Of a stretch of 64,000 nucleotides of DNA, positions 55,780-64,000 are shown in pieces. The stretch is taken from NCBI GenBank assembly GCA_963977015.1, contig CAXBMO010000014.1, positions 96,001-160,000 on the forward strand, given 5' to 3'. The DNA is from an uncultured bacterium (GTDB lineage Bacteria; Verrucomicrobiota; Verrucomicrobiia; Verrucomicrobiales; DEV007). Positions within the stretch are counted from its first letter, which is position 1. Every line of letters begins with the position of its first letter. Made by a program: the position numbers and the translations under genes. The notes beneath the pieces are model-generated. The model saw only the letters and a program-made list of their open reading frames with translations, was not told where the DNA came from and searched no databases.

Positions 55780-55874
55780 ACGTGAAACCGCATTTCGTGG
55801 AGCCTTCCTGGACAGATGTTCGTCTAATCAAACTGTGATGTAGACAAAACCAGTCGAGGCGGCGAAAGGGGGCC

Positions 55875-56180
55875 ATGAAGAAGACGTTCCCATTTGAAGA
55901 GCCTCCCCATCAACCTGCCAGGGTGGTGGAGAGGATTAAAAGTAATGTTCGAAAATACATCAAACGCGAACGGCGTAAACCGCTGGTTGAAGGCGCTGAT
56001 TTCTGGGCGTTTGACTGTCGGGTCGGGAAGAAAAGTGAAGAAGCGAAGCCGATTCACGAGGCGGAATTGATCCAAGCCATCGACATTGCTGCGAAAGATG
56101 AATGGACCGAAATCTACATCGAGATTCTTGCCAAGCCTGCTTATCGCACAAAAAAGGAAAACCCGGAATCGAATTCCTGA
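55875..56180 (+). CDS. DUF6172-family small protein
   Basis: MKKTF...R.VE.IK..VRKYIKRERRK.L.EG.DFW.FDCR.G...YIEILAKP; purine-rich aaggggg before the ATG. Confidence 0.8.
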   Translation: MKKTFPFEEPPHQPARVVERIKSNVRKYIKRERRKPLVEGADFWAFDCRVGKKSEEAKPIHEAELIQAIDIAAKDEWTEIYIEILAKPAYRTKKENPESNS

Positions 56181-56222
56181 AATCGGCCGCCTTCATTGAA
56201 CTTGGGCTTAGTTAGGCTGCTC

Positions 56223-57449
56223 TCATGAGTTCTGATATGTGACGTTGGGGCGATTCCATCGGATTCGAGCGAGCAGCGTGTCGCCTTTTGCTCCACGTCG
56301 GGGGAGCCATTCGCCGACGGTGACCCAACTCTCTTCTAGGCTTGCATTCGTAACATGAAAGTTACCCATCAAAGCCACTTCGTCGGGAGTGTTCACGCCG
56401 TCTCCGACAAGTGGGAGAACGACTTGCTCGGAGTCCTTGATTAAACAGAGCTTGTCAGGATCCACCTGTGCCAGCCACAGCGGTGAGCGCCAGCGGATGA
56501 CGTTGGTATTCGATGGGTCTTTGCGCGAGTAAACGAGAAAGAGCGCATCGGAATGAGTTAGCCAGTGTTGTTGGGTTGTCGACATTGCGATGGGGGTGCC
56601 ATCGTCCCAGGCCCATGGCATTTTGGGAGAATAGTGCAGTCCATCACTGCTGACACTTGCATATCCGCGGCTGTCTTCTGCGCGAATTGTTAGATAGAAG
56701 CGATCACGAAACTGGGTCACGGAAGGTTCAAGCAGGCCGCGGCCATGTTGGTGTTCCAGCGGAGGGCCGACTTCCTTGATTCGTAAGGTGTCGCCATCGA
56801 AAGCGCATCGCACCCCAGCGACTGATCGCCCATTCGACTCTGGACCGAAGGTGAAAGACATCAGGATGTCGCCATTCGGCAGTACGATCCGTTGACCGCA
56901 GTTGTTGGTGTAGATATGACTGCCTCGGGGATCGTCCCATTCCAGCTTCTTCCGTTCAGACCACGTGCCGTCCTTTCGCCGGACGACGTAAACCGGGTAA
57001 CGAGCCAGTTGATCTCCTTTTGCGAAGCGTGGACCGCGATAGAACACCACGTGGCCCAGGGCGAGGACGGTTTCAGTCTGGGGATGATACTGAGGAGTCA
57101 CATCACAAACGGCCGCTTGGAGACCTTCGTGACCGGGAACGGGATCGCGACCCAACGACGCGATTGGTGCCGGGTTAGTCCAAGTCTTGCCCAAATCGCT
57201 CGACTCCGACCAATGGACCGGGCCAAAGTAGTCGGAACCGCCAATGGGTTGAAGATTCATCAGCGCCTTTTGGCCGCCCTCGCCAACGGGAACCATGCAG
57301 GCACGCGGATGAAACCAGGTGGTGTCTTTCCCGTCGCGATTCTTCCAGAGTGTTTGCTTGGAAATCGAGGCGATCAGGTCCTTCGATTGTCCGTGCACTG
57401 GCGCAGCGATCGTGGCGGATGTGGCGGCAAGGAAATGGCGGCGATTCAT
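56223..57449 (-). CDS. Tat-exported sialidase-like (BNR/Asp-box) beta-propeller protein
   Basis: Twin-arginine signal MNRRHFLAA; Asp-boxes SSDLGKTW and SSDGLHY; RGLLEPS motif. Confidence 0.8.
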   Translation of the reverse strand: MNRRHFLAATSATIAAPVHGQSKDLIASISKQTLWKNRDGKDTTWFHPRACMVPVGEGGQKALMNLQPIGGSDYFGPVHWSESSDLGKTWTNPAPIASLGRDPVPGHEGLQAAVCDVTPQYHPQTETVLALGHVVFYRGPRFAKGDQLARYPVYVVRRKDGTWSERKKLEWDDPRGSHIYTNNCGQRIVLPNGDILMSFTFGPESNGRSVAGVRCAFDGDTLRIKEVGPPLEHQHGRGLLEPSVTQFRDRFYLTIRAEDSRGYASVSSDGLHYSPKMPWAWDDGTPIAMSTTQQHWLTHSDALFLVYSRKDPSNTNVIRWRSPLWLAQVDPDKLCLIKDSEQVVLPLVGDGVNTPDEVALMGNFHVTNASLEESWVTVGEWLPRRGAKGDTLLARIRWNRPNVTYQNS

Positions 57450-57623
57450 GATTGCTGTTGTCGCATAGAGCCGAGTCTCTTGGCAAGCTTGGTCACCAGT
57501 CGATGGGGTTGAATGGATTTGGTCTGATTGCGCATCAATTGCGAAAGCGTAGTGAAGATTTGTTTGCCTCTTGCGCGATGAACCTGAAGTCCGTATCGCA
57601 TCTTATCCAGTTTTGACAGACCC

Positions 57624-58235
57624 ATGACGAGATCGGCTCCATTCCTGATGATTTTTATGGCGTTTCTCGTTTCGTGCGGGTCGGAAACACCCCCGATGAC
57701 GGATCTGTCCCCGCGGCAACGGGAGTCCTGCCTTTCGGTGGGAAAGAAGGTCTCAGATGCCCTCATGATGAATCTTGGAACGCAGTTGAAGTCGACACTT
57801 GCCTCTGGCGGCGAAACTGCAGCGGTTCAGGTGTGTCAGCAAATCGCGATTCCGATCACGGAATCCACCAGCGAGATGGAGGAAGGAGTAACGGTTCGGA
57901 GAACATCATTGAAAGTGCGAAATCCCCAAAATGCTCCGGAAGAAGGCGATGTAGTCATTCTAAAACGATGGGAAAGGCTGGATCAGGAGGGCAAGCCGCT
58001 GCCGGAGCACGAGTTGCGTCGATTGAACGAATCCCAGGTTGCCTATTACCGCCCAATCCTCGTCCAGGCACTTTGTCTCAAGTGTCATGGCGCGAGCCAG
58101 TCTCTCAATCCGGAACTGCGCCAGGTTCTGGACGAACTCTATCCCGCGGATCAGGCGAGGGGATACCGGGAAGGTGATCTGAGAGGAGCGTTTCGTGTCG
58201 ATATCGATCTCAATCAATTCCAGGAGGAACGTTAG
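57624..58235 (+). CDS. c-type heme lipoprotein, DUF3365/Tll0287-like
   Basis: Lipobox LVSC; RRTSLKVRNPQNAP; CLKCH heme motif; LYP.DQARGY..GDLRGAF; an extra Cys in AVQVC. Confidence 0.85.
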   Translation: MTRSAPFLMIFMAFLVSCGSETPPMTDLSPRQRESCLSVGKKVSDALMMNLGTQLKSTLASGGETAAVQVCQQIAIPITESTSEMEEGVTVRRTSLKVRNPQNAPEEGDVVILKRWERLDQEGKPLPEHELRRLNESQVAYYRPILVQALCLKCHGASQSLNPELRQVLDELYPADQARGYREGDLRGAFRVDIDLNQFQEER

Positions 58236-58474
58236 ATTCCTATTGCTGAGCGCTCTCATTTTCCTTTTCAATTCGATCGTCAAGCATCTCCAAGCGCTCG
58301 TTGATCAGAAGAAGCGACTTGACCACGGAGGATGGTCTGGCGCTGGCGCCTGTGTCAGAAGAGTCTGCGCAAAACGATCATGATATGGCGGCCTCCATTG
58401 CCTTCATCGAGCGTGGAACTAAGGCTACCGTTGTTAGTAAGCCCAATTCCGGCGATCATCGGAGTCGCAAATGG

Positions 58475-60205
58475 CTACGGGGATTCATGGAATTGATTCC
58501 CGGTGATGATTCCTTTGCTTCCATTGATGGAAAGAACCTGAGCGCTGGGATCGGTTGAAAGTGCGGTGTTGCCAAAAACGTTTGCTGCCGTTTTCGGCTG
58601 ATCAACGATGAACGCGAACTGGGAAAAATTACGAACCCTGTTGTTGTCTGCCGTGATTGTCGCTGCGGTTGCGTGCAGGGCGTGGCGCCAATTCCGAATC
58701 TCATTCCGCGACATTGTAACCTGGGAGCCTTCCAGAGCCCAAATCGCATAACTCGGTGGTCCGGTCCTTCTCAGTTTGGCCGTCTCGAAGTGGTTGTCCA
58801 CGGCGACTACCTTGCCGGAGACTCGGATTCCAGCGACGCCATTGCCCTGAATGATGTTCTTCGTAAACGTTGCGTCGGCTCCTTTAAAAACCATGACGAC
58901 AGGTGGCATCCCGTCTTTGCGCGAAAACTCATTTCCCGTCAGATTCACGGTCCAGCCCGAGTGGATGCCGACAGCAACCATGGCGTTGTCGGTAACGCGG
59001 TTATTCAGCACGATGGACGAACCGGATTCAGAGTCATTGTATCCAATGCCTGCAGCTTTGTTGTGATGACAGTGGTTCTCAATCAGCGTCGAATGGGCGC
59101 CATCGGTGTGGCCGATTCCCACCTTCGCATTCTCAAAACACTCATTCTGGATGATCAAAGGCCGCGCTCCACTCATGCACCCAATTCCCGATTGTTGGTT
59201 TCGGTAACACTTATTGCCGATGATGGTGGGAGTTGATCCTTCGCGACATCCGATTCCCGCCAACGCGTTTTCATAACAGCGGTTGTCACGGATGATGGGA
59301 GACGCATGATCGGTGGTCCCAATTCCTGCCATATCGTTTTCGTAGCAGTCATTGTCTTCGACAATGGGTTGGGTGCCTTGGCCCGTCCGAATGCCGATTC
59401 CTGCGCGGCGATTCCGGTAGCACTTATTGCCTCGGACGGTGGGTTTGGCGTTCTCACTAATCCCGATACCGGCGCGAACATTCGCGTAGCAGATGTTGTC
59501 AATCACGAGTGGACTCGCGTTGTCATGTCCAATGCCGGCGTAGAAATTCTCGAAGCAGATATTTCCTTCGATGATCGCCGTTGATCCTTCCATTGAGCCG
59601 ATTCCTCCGCCCATGTTGCGATAGGTGATGTTTTGCAGGATGTGGGGAGAGACTCGGCTACCCTCCGCTCCCATGATCGCAATCCCGGTGTAACCGATGT
59701 GATGGACAATGTTGTTGGTTACCACACAGGTTTCGATGTCCAAAATGGCGACACCCGCCGTGCCGGGAACTCCGATGTGGTCGTGGTGTTGCTGATTTCC
59801 CTGGGTCGCGTGGTGATGATTCCAAGAGGTTTCATCGTATTCGCCAACCCCGGTTACCGTGAATCCGTCGAGGGTTGAATCCAGGGCCATGGTAACGCCT
59901 GCGCCCACGGCCTCAGGGAAGGCTCCGTCAATGATGGTCGCTTCGGCTCGTTTCAGTCCCACCGCTCCTTTGCTGTTGTCACCGGCGCTACGCAGGGTTA
60001 CTCCGTGGGCTAGGTTGATTCGTTCACGGTAGGTTCCCCGGCTAACCAGAACGATGTCTCCGGGTTTCGCCGAATTGATGGCTGACTGGATGGTGGGGTG
60101 GGTTGCCGGAACCAGAATGGTTTCAGCTGTCGTCCAAATCGGGATCCCGGCAGCGAAGACAGCGCTTACCAGAAGGGTGCTCCTAAATTGGGGGAGAATC
60201 ATCAT
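58475..60205 (-). CDS. Secreted right-handed parallel beta-helix (pectin-lyase-fold/NosD-like) protein
   Basis: Signal peptide; PTIQSAINSAKPGDIVLV..GTY.E cap; ~23-aa repeats P.I..N.CY.N..AGIG. Confidence 0.85.
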   Translation of the reverse strand: MMILPQFRSTLLVSAVFAAGIPIWTTAETILVPATHPTIQSAINSAKPGDIVLVSRGTYRERINLAHGVTLRSAGDNSKGAVGLKRAEATIIDGAFPEAVGAGVTMALDSTLDGFTVTGVGEYDETSWNHHHATQGNQQHHDHIGVPGTAGVAILDIETCVVTNNIVHHIGYTGIAIMGAEGSRVSPHILQNITYRNMGGGIGSMEGSTAIIEGNICFENFYAGIGHDNASPLVIDNICYANVRAGIGISENAKPTVRGNKCYRNRRAGIGIRTGQGTQPIVEDNDCYENDMAGIGTTDHASPIIRDNRCYENALAGIGCREGSTPTIIGNKCYRNQQSGIGCMSGARPLIIQNECFENAKVGIGHTDGAHSTLIENHCHHNKAAGIGYNDSESGSSIVLNNRVTDNAMVAVGIHSGWTVNLTGNEFSRKDGMPPVVMVFKGADATFTKNIIQGNGVAGIRVSGKVVAVDNHFETAKLRRTGPPSYAIWALEGSQVTMSRNEIRNWRHALHATAATITADNNRVRNFSQFAFIVDQPKTAANVFGNTALSTDPSAQVLSINGSKGIITGNQFHESP

Positions 60206-60249
60206 TCGTCAGGTGCGCAGCGACCATCGAGCCACGGTCGTGGGCACAC

Positions 60250-61302
60250 CTACTGCTTCTTCTTTTTGGAAGCTCCCGTATGGTTGTTGGCCGGGATCGG
60301 GCTCTCAAAACCGTTGTAAACTTCCGGCTTAACACCGCGGGCATAACCACCGCCGCGAAACGTGTTCGGCTGGTATTTCCCAACAAAGCCAATTGGGGAG
60401 TTGGCGACAATCTGCTCTTCCAAGCCGAGAATCCAGTAAGACGCATTCACCAGCATGCGACGATAGCCGTCGTTCAGGATATCCTCGGAGGCTCCATAAA
60501 GGGATGTGAAAACGCGTCCCTTGGTTCCATTGGCTCCGGTGTATTCCCGTGTCCATTCAGACGCCATGGGTGGCTTGGTCGCATCCGGTTCACCGTCAAT
60601 CTCCATACTCATGAGCGGCTGGGCCGTGGTCAGAATGTTCCAATCATCCTGGAGGACGGCGTTGTAGCCTCCGCATTGCACATGGATGTCCTTCACACCG
60701 GTCAGAATTGCATGATCGGCTTTTTCGGGAACGATGGAGATTCGGGTGCTCTGCTTGTGGTTTCGGCCGTAGTGTCCCACCCAGGTTTGTCCCAAAACCT
60801 GATGGCCAAAACCGTTCTCATAGCCTGCGGTTTTGGCCCTGAAATCGTATTTTGCGTAGGGGCTCTCCTTGTCGTCATATTTGAACCCATGGGTTGAGGT
60901 GCGGAGGCCCATGACCGGACCACCCCGATTCAAGTACGCGTCGATGTGTTGCATTTGTTCATCGGGCAACGCTTGAAACCGGGTAAAGATGACCATCCCG
61001 TCTGCCGATTCCAGGGCTTCGAGCCCGGGAATGTTCGACTCGCCAGCCTTGATTTCGCCGTTTTCATCAAGCCCAAAGAGAACCGTGCAATCGATTCCAT
61101 GATGCTTGGCCAGGATCCGGGCCAGGGCGGGCAGTGTTTCCTCGCCGCGATACTCATGGTCGCTGGCAATGAAAACGAGGTGCTTGCCCTTGGAAATTGC
61201 TTCAGTCCCCTGGTAGGAAACGGGATTTGCGATTGCCTTCGAGCCAAAAAGAGCGGCGAAAGCTAGAGCGAGAAGGATTTGGAGGTGGTGGAGTGTTTTC
61301 AT
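60250..61302 (-). CDS. Secreted ThuA-like (class I glutamine amidotransferase fold) protein
   Basis: Signal peptide; DHEYRGEE.LP.LARILA.HHG..CTVLF; GLRTSTHGF; GRVFTSLYG. Confidence 0.8.
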   Translation of the reverse strand: MKTLHHLQILLALAFAALFGSKAIANPVSYQGTEAISKGKHLVFIASDHEYRGEETLPALARILAKHHGIDCTVLFGLDENGEIKAGESNIPGLEALESADGMVIFTRFQALPDEQMQHIDAYLNRGGPVMGLRTSTHGFKYDDKESPYAKYDFRAKTAGYENGFGHQVLGQTWVGHYGRNHKQSTRISIVPEKADHAILTGVKDIHVQCGGYNAVLQDDWNILTTAQPLMSMEIDGEPDATKPPMASEWTREYTGANGTKGRVFTSLYGASEDILNDGYRRMLVNASYWILGLEEQIVANSPIGFVGKYQPNTFRGGGYARGVKPEVYNGFESPIPANNHTGASKKKKQ

Positions 61303-61444
61303 GTAAATAGGGGGAATCAGTCAGGGCGTAGAGGACACGTTTTATTGTCAGGATCTTTTCAAAAACCCGAAACTTTGGGGGCGAAACGATGCTGACTTGA
61401 AAGATGGCCAGGCCTTGCGAATTCCGGTTTCCCGGTAGAGTTCC

Positions 61445-62959
61445 CTAAGGCCGATAAGGCGCGCTGCGTCCGCTTCGCTTGGTCTCTTCGAGAAGGTCTT
61501 TCAACCGCTTTACCGTTTCGAGTTCTTCAGAATAGAGGTTCGTGGTTTCTCCGGGATCGCGTTCCAGATCGTAGAGTTGGCCGGGAGCATCTGGCTCCGA
61601 ACTCGGGAGGGCGAGCGGGCGGAGCCTTTCCTTCCCATATCGATTTCCCCCTGAACCTCGGTGGTCGAGATACTTCCATTTTCCCATCCGGATTGCCAAT
61701 GCGAGACTGATGGTCTGATGAAGCGTAAACTTGCGAATCGGTGAGGTGGCTTCCCCTATCAAGACCGGTAAGAGATTGAAACTATCTTCGGCCGACTGAT
61801 TGGGCAACTTTGCGTCGACCAGCGCCGCACAAGTCGCCATGAGATCCGTCAGGCAGACGGTTTGATCCGTTGTTGTCGAGGGCTGGATTTTCCCGGGCCA
61901 GCGGGCAATGAGGGGAACCCGATGACCGCCTTCCCAGTTGTCGCGCTTCAACCCTCGCCACGGCCGGGCCCCGTCGTGATCGAACGATTTGCGCATGTTG
62001 AGGGTTGTCCCGACTTCTGGGCCGTTGTCGCTAGTCACGATCACCAGCGTGTTGTCAGCCAACCCGAGGTTCTCCAGTTGATTCAGAAGCTGGCCGACGA
62101 TGTGATCGAACTGAAAAATGAAGTCCCCGTGGGGCCCTGCTTGAGATTTGCCTTGGAATTCCTTTCCGGGAAACGACGGGAGATGAACGGCCTGCAACGA
62201 ATGAAAGAGAAAGAAGGGTTTGTCTGGTTTGGCCTTCGTGTGCTGGTCAAGAAATTGGAGGCTCTTTTCGAGAAACACCATATCGACTTCTTCAAGATCA
62301 AAGTCAGGAGCGACAAGTCCAGGTCGACAATCGTACGACCATTCATGAGTTGGCAGCTTCGACTTGTCGACCGTTTGCGTTGGTGGGACTGGAACGCGAT
62401 CGCCGTCAATAAAGGCGTAAAGCCAATCCGTCGTTGGACAACATGCGGTGCCAAAGAAGTGATCAAATCCGAGGTGAATCGGCGCATCGGGAATTGATCG
62501 GGAGTAATCGATGCGTTTCACCGCCTCCAATCCATTTTCATTGATCGGGTTTCCTTGCTGATCGAGAAATGAAAGGCCGATGTGCCACTTGCCGAACATC
62601 GCAGTTTCATATCCCTGTTGCCGAAGCATTTCAGGAAGGGTGAGCCGGTCTTTTGTGATGAGACATGGGCCTCCCGCACCCGTAAAGACCCCGGGATAGT
62701 TGAGGCGGAATGCCATCTGTCCGGTCAGGATGCTGTATCTGGTGGGAGTACAAACGGTGGAGGGACTATGGGCGTCGGTGAATCGCATTCCGTCCCTGGC
62801 CATCTGATCGAGATGAGGTGTCGGAACTTTGGAGTCCGGATTGTAGCAGCCGACATCTCCATATCCCAAGTCGTCGGCGAGAACGAGGAGGATGTTGGGT
62901 GGCCCGGCGAGACCAAGCGAGGAAATCCAAAAGAAGGCAAGTAGAGCGAGATTTCTCAT
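61445..62959 (-). CDS. Formylglycine-dependent sulfatase (arylsulfatase A-like)
   Basis: PNILLVLADDLGYGD, CTPTR (CxPxR), GKWHIG, SDNG, EGGHRVP, QLYDL..DPGE. Start placed at the ATG at 62959 (MRNLALLAFF signal peptide) rather than 63019. Confidence 0.93.
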   Translation of the reverse strand: MRNLALLAFFWISSLGLAGPPNILLVLADDLGYGDVGCYNPDSKVPTPHLDQMARDGMRFTDAHSPSTVCTPTRYSILTGQMAFRLNYPGVFTGAGGPCLITKDRLTLPEMLRQQGYETAMFGKWHIGLSFLDQQGNPINENGLEAVKRIDYSRSIPDAPIHLGFDHFFGTACCPTTDWLYAFIDGDRVPVPPTQTVDKSKLPTHEWSYDCRPGLVAPDFDLEEVDMVFLEKSLQFLDQHTKAKPDKPFFLFHSLQAVHLPSFPGKEFQGKSQAGPHGDFIFQFDHIVGQLLNQLENLGLADNTLVIVTSDNGPEVGTTLNMRKSFDHDGARPWRGLKRDNWEGGHRVPLIARWPGKIQPSTTTDQTVCLTDLMATCAALVDAKLPNQSAEDSFNLLPVLIGEATSPIRKFTLHQTISLALAIRMGKWKYLDHRGSGGNRYGKERLRPLALPSSEPDAPGQLYDLERDPGETTNLYSEELETVKRLKDLLEETKRSGRSAPYRP

Positions 62960-63049
62960 GGGAACGGAGAGGATCCAAGTGAGCCGCAAGGTTGGCGTGT
63001 GAACCGCTGCGAAAAACACTTCATTCCAACTTATGGGTGGCAGGCCGCC

Positions 63050-64000
63050 TCAGTCCAACGTTCTCTTTTGCAGTCTCAGGGCGTTGGCAATGACGGAAAC
63101 CGAACTGAAACTCATGGCGGCCCCCGCGATCATGGGATTGAGCAACCAGCCGACAATGGGGTAAAGGATGCCGGCCGCTACGGGAACGCCGAGCGCATTG
63201 TAACCAAAGGCAAACAAGAGATTCTGGCGGATGTTGTTCATCACGGCTTTGCCGAGAGTCATCGCTTTGGAAATTCCGTTGAGGTCTCCTTTTACCAACG
63301 TGATGGAGGCGCTTTCGATCGCAATATCCGTTCCGGTTCCCATCGCGATTCCGACATCGGCTTCGGCCAATGCGGGCGCATCATTGATTCCGTCACCGGT
63401 CATGGCAACGACGGCACCTTCGCTCTTCAATCGCTTCACCAGACGCAGTTTGTCTTCGGGAGACAACCCGGCGTGAACTTCATCAATACCAAGTTGTTCG
63501 GCAACCGCCCTTGCCGTGGCCTCGTGATCTCCAGTCGCGATGATCAAACGAAGACCAAGGTTATGAAGGGCCTGGACCGCTGCCGGAGTGGTTTCCTTGA
63601 TCGGGTCCGAGATGCCGAGCAAGCCGATTGCCGCATTTGAGTGGGCTACCCAGATTGCGGTTTTTGCGGAGTTGAGGATCTCATTGGCGGAGGCTTGAAG
63701 CGCAGATGGTATGGAAAATCCATTCTCTTCAAGGAAACTTGATTTACCCACGAGAACAGGTTTTCCATCGACGATACCGCGAACGCCTTGTCCGGTTGAC
63801 GAGTCGAATTCCGCGACCTCGGCGAGTTGAAGGGATCTCGCTTTGGCCTCTTCAACGACGGATCGCGCCAACGGATGTTCGCTGTGGTTCTCCACGGAAG
63901 CGGCAAGCGTAAGCAACTCATCTTCCAAGATGTCCTCCTTCGTGATGATGTCGGTAATCCTCGGCTTCCCCATCGTCAGCGTGCCGGTCTTATCGGTGAT
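63050..64000 (-). CDS. copA: Copper-translocating P1B-type ATPase, C-terminal part (gene starts beyond the window)
   Basis: DKTGTLT at the window edge, SEHPLA, TGD, GDGINDAPAL, plus YN and MSFSS transmembrane motifs typical of Cu(I) P1B-1 ATPases. Confidence 0.9.
   Translation of the reverse strand: MTDKTGTLTMGKPRITDIITKEDILEDELLTLAASVENHSEHPLARSVVEEAKARSLQLAEVAEFDSSTGQGVRGIVDGKPVLVGKSSFLEENGFSIPSALQASANEILNSAKTAIWVAHSNAAIGLLGISDPIKETTPAAVQALHNLGLRLIIATGDHEATARAVAEQLGIDEVHAGLSPEDKLRLVKRLKSEGAVVAMTGDGINDAPALAEADVGIAMGTGTDIAIESASITLVKGDLNGISKAMTLGKAVMNNIRQNLLFAFGYNALGVPVAAGILYPIVGWLLNPMIAGAAMSFSSVSVIANALRLQKRTLD

Noticed and set aside
2-55779. Classical autotransporter (T5aSS) or RTX/T1SS annotation
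   Set aside because: No C-terminal beta-barrel. GGDGND occurs singly as a helix-cap motif, not as tandem RTX nonapeptides.
2-55779. Inteins, a diversity-generating retroelement or a site-specific cassette-shuffling system as the cause of the insertions
   Set aside because: Inserts lack intein termini. No reverse transcriptase, recombinase, adenine-specific TR/VR pair or conserved recombination site was seen in the window.
100-55800. Hundreds of antisense and alternate-frame ORFs (up to 600 aa) overlapping the giant genes
   Set aside because: Expected shadows of strongly biased GC-rich codon usage; no recognisable motifs.
58236-58558. Small ORFs (58301-58558, 58195-58383) between convergent genes
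   Set aside because: They overlap better-supported genes, lack a convincing start and show no recognisable homology; a gene remnant cannot be excluded.
62960-63019. Upstream extension of the sulfatase ORF
   Set aside because: The ATG at 62959 gives a normal signal peptide directly before the PNIL motif.
1-64000. CRISPR arrays, IS elements, tRNA or rRNA genes
   Set aside because: No repeat-spacer arrays, transposase motifs or canonical RNA gene sequences were seen.

Overview
About 87% of this window (1-55779) is two tandem, co-oriented giant non-fimbrial adhesin/surface-protein genes. The first is 5'-truncated (>5840 aa, ending 17533). The second is complete (12,519 aa, 18220-55779), with an N-terminal LEPR-xLL motif and a HExxHxxGxxH zinc-binding motif. 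Both are beta-helix scaffolds built from autotransporter-associated (PATR) and other beta-strand repeats. At least 17 globular cargo domains (MAM, LamG/ConA-like, PA14-like, H-type-lectin-like, unknown) sit in a few recurring loop positions, and empty versions of the same loops occur elsewhere. Both proteins end in the same ~330-aa tail, with no beta-barrel, RTX array or PEP-CTERM visible. Between them lies a ~440-nt stretch predicted by eye to fold into a multi-stem RNA, ending in a strong intrinsic terminator 60 nt before the giant ATG; it is a candidate novel leader or ncRNA. The right end carries DUF6172, a Tat-exported sialidase-like protein, a c-type heme lipoprotein, a Cys-ladder beta-helix protein, a ThuA-like protein, a sulfatase and the 3' part of a Cu P1B-ATPase. 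Gene content suggests a PVC bacterium, probably Verrucomicrobiota (inference). All domain calls are by-eye motif recognition, not database hits, and domain boundaries are approximate.
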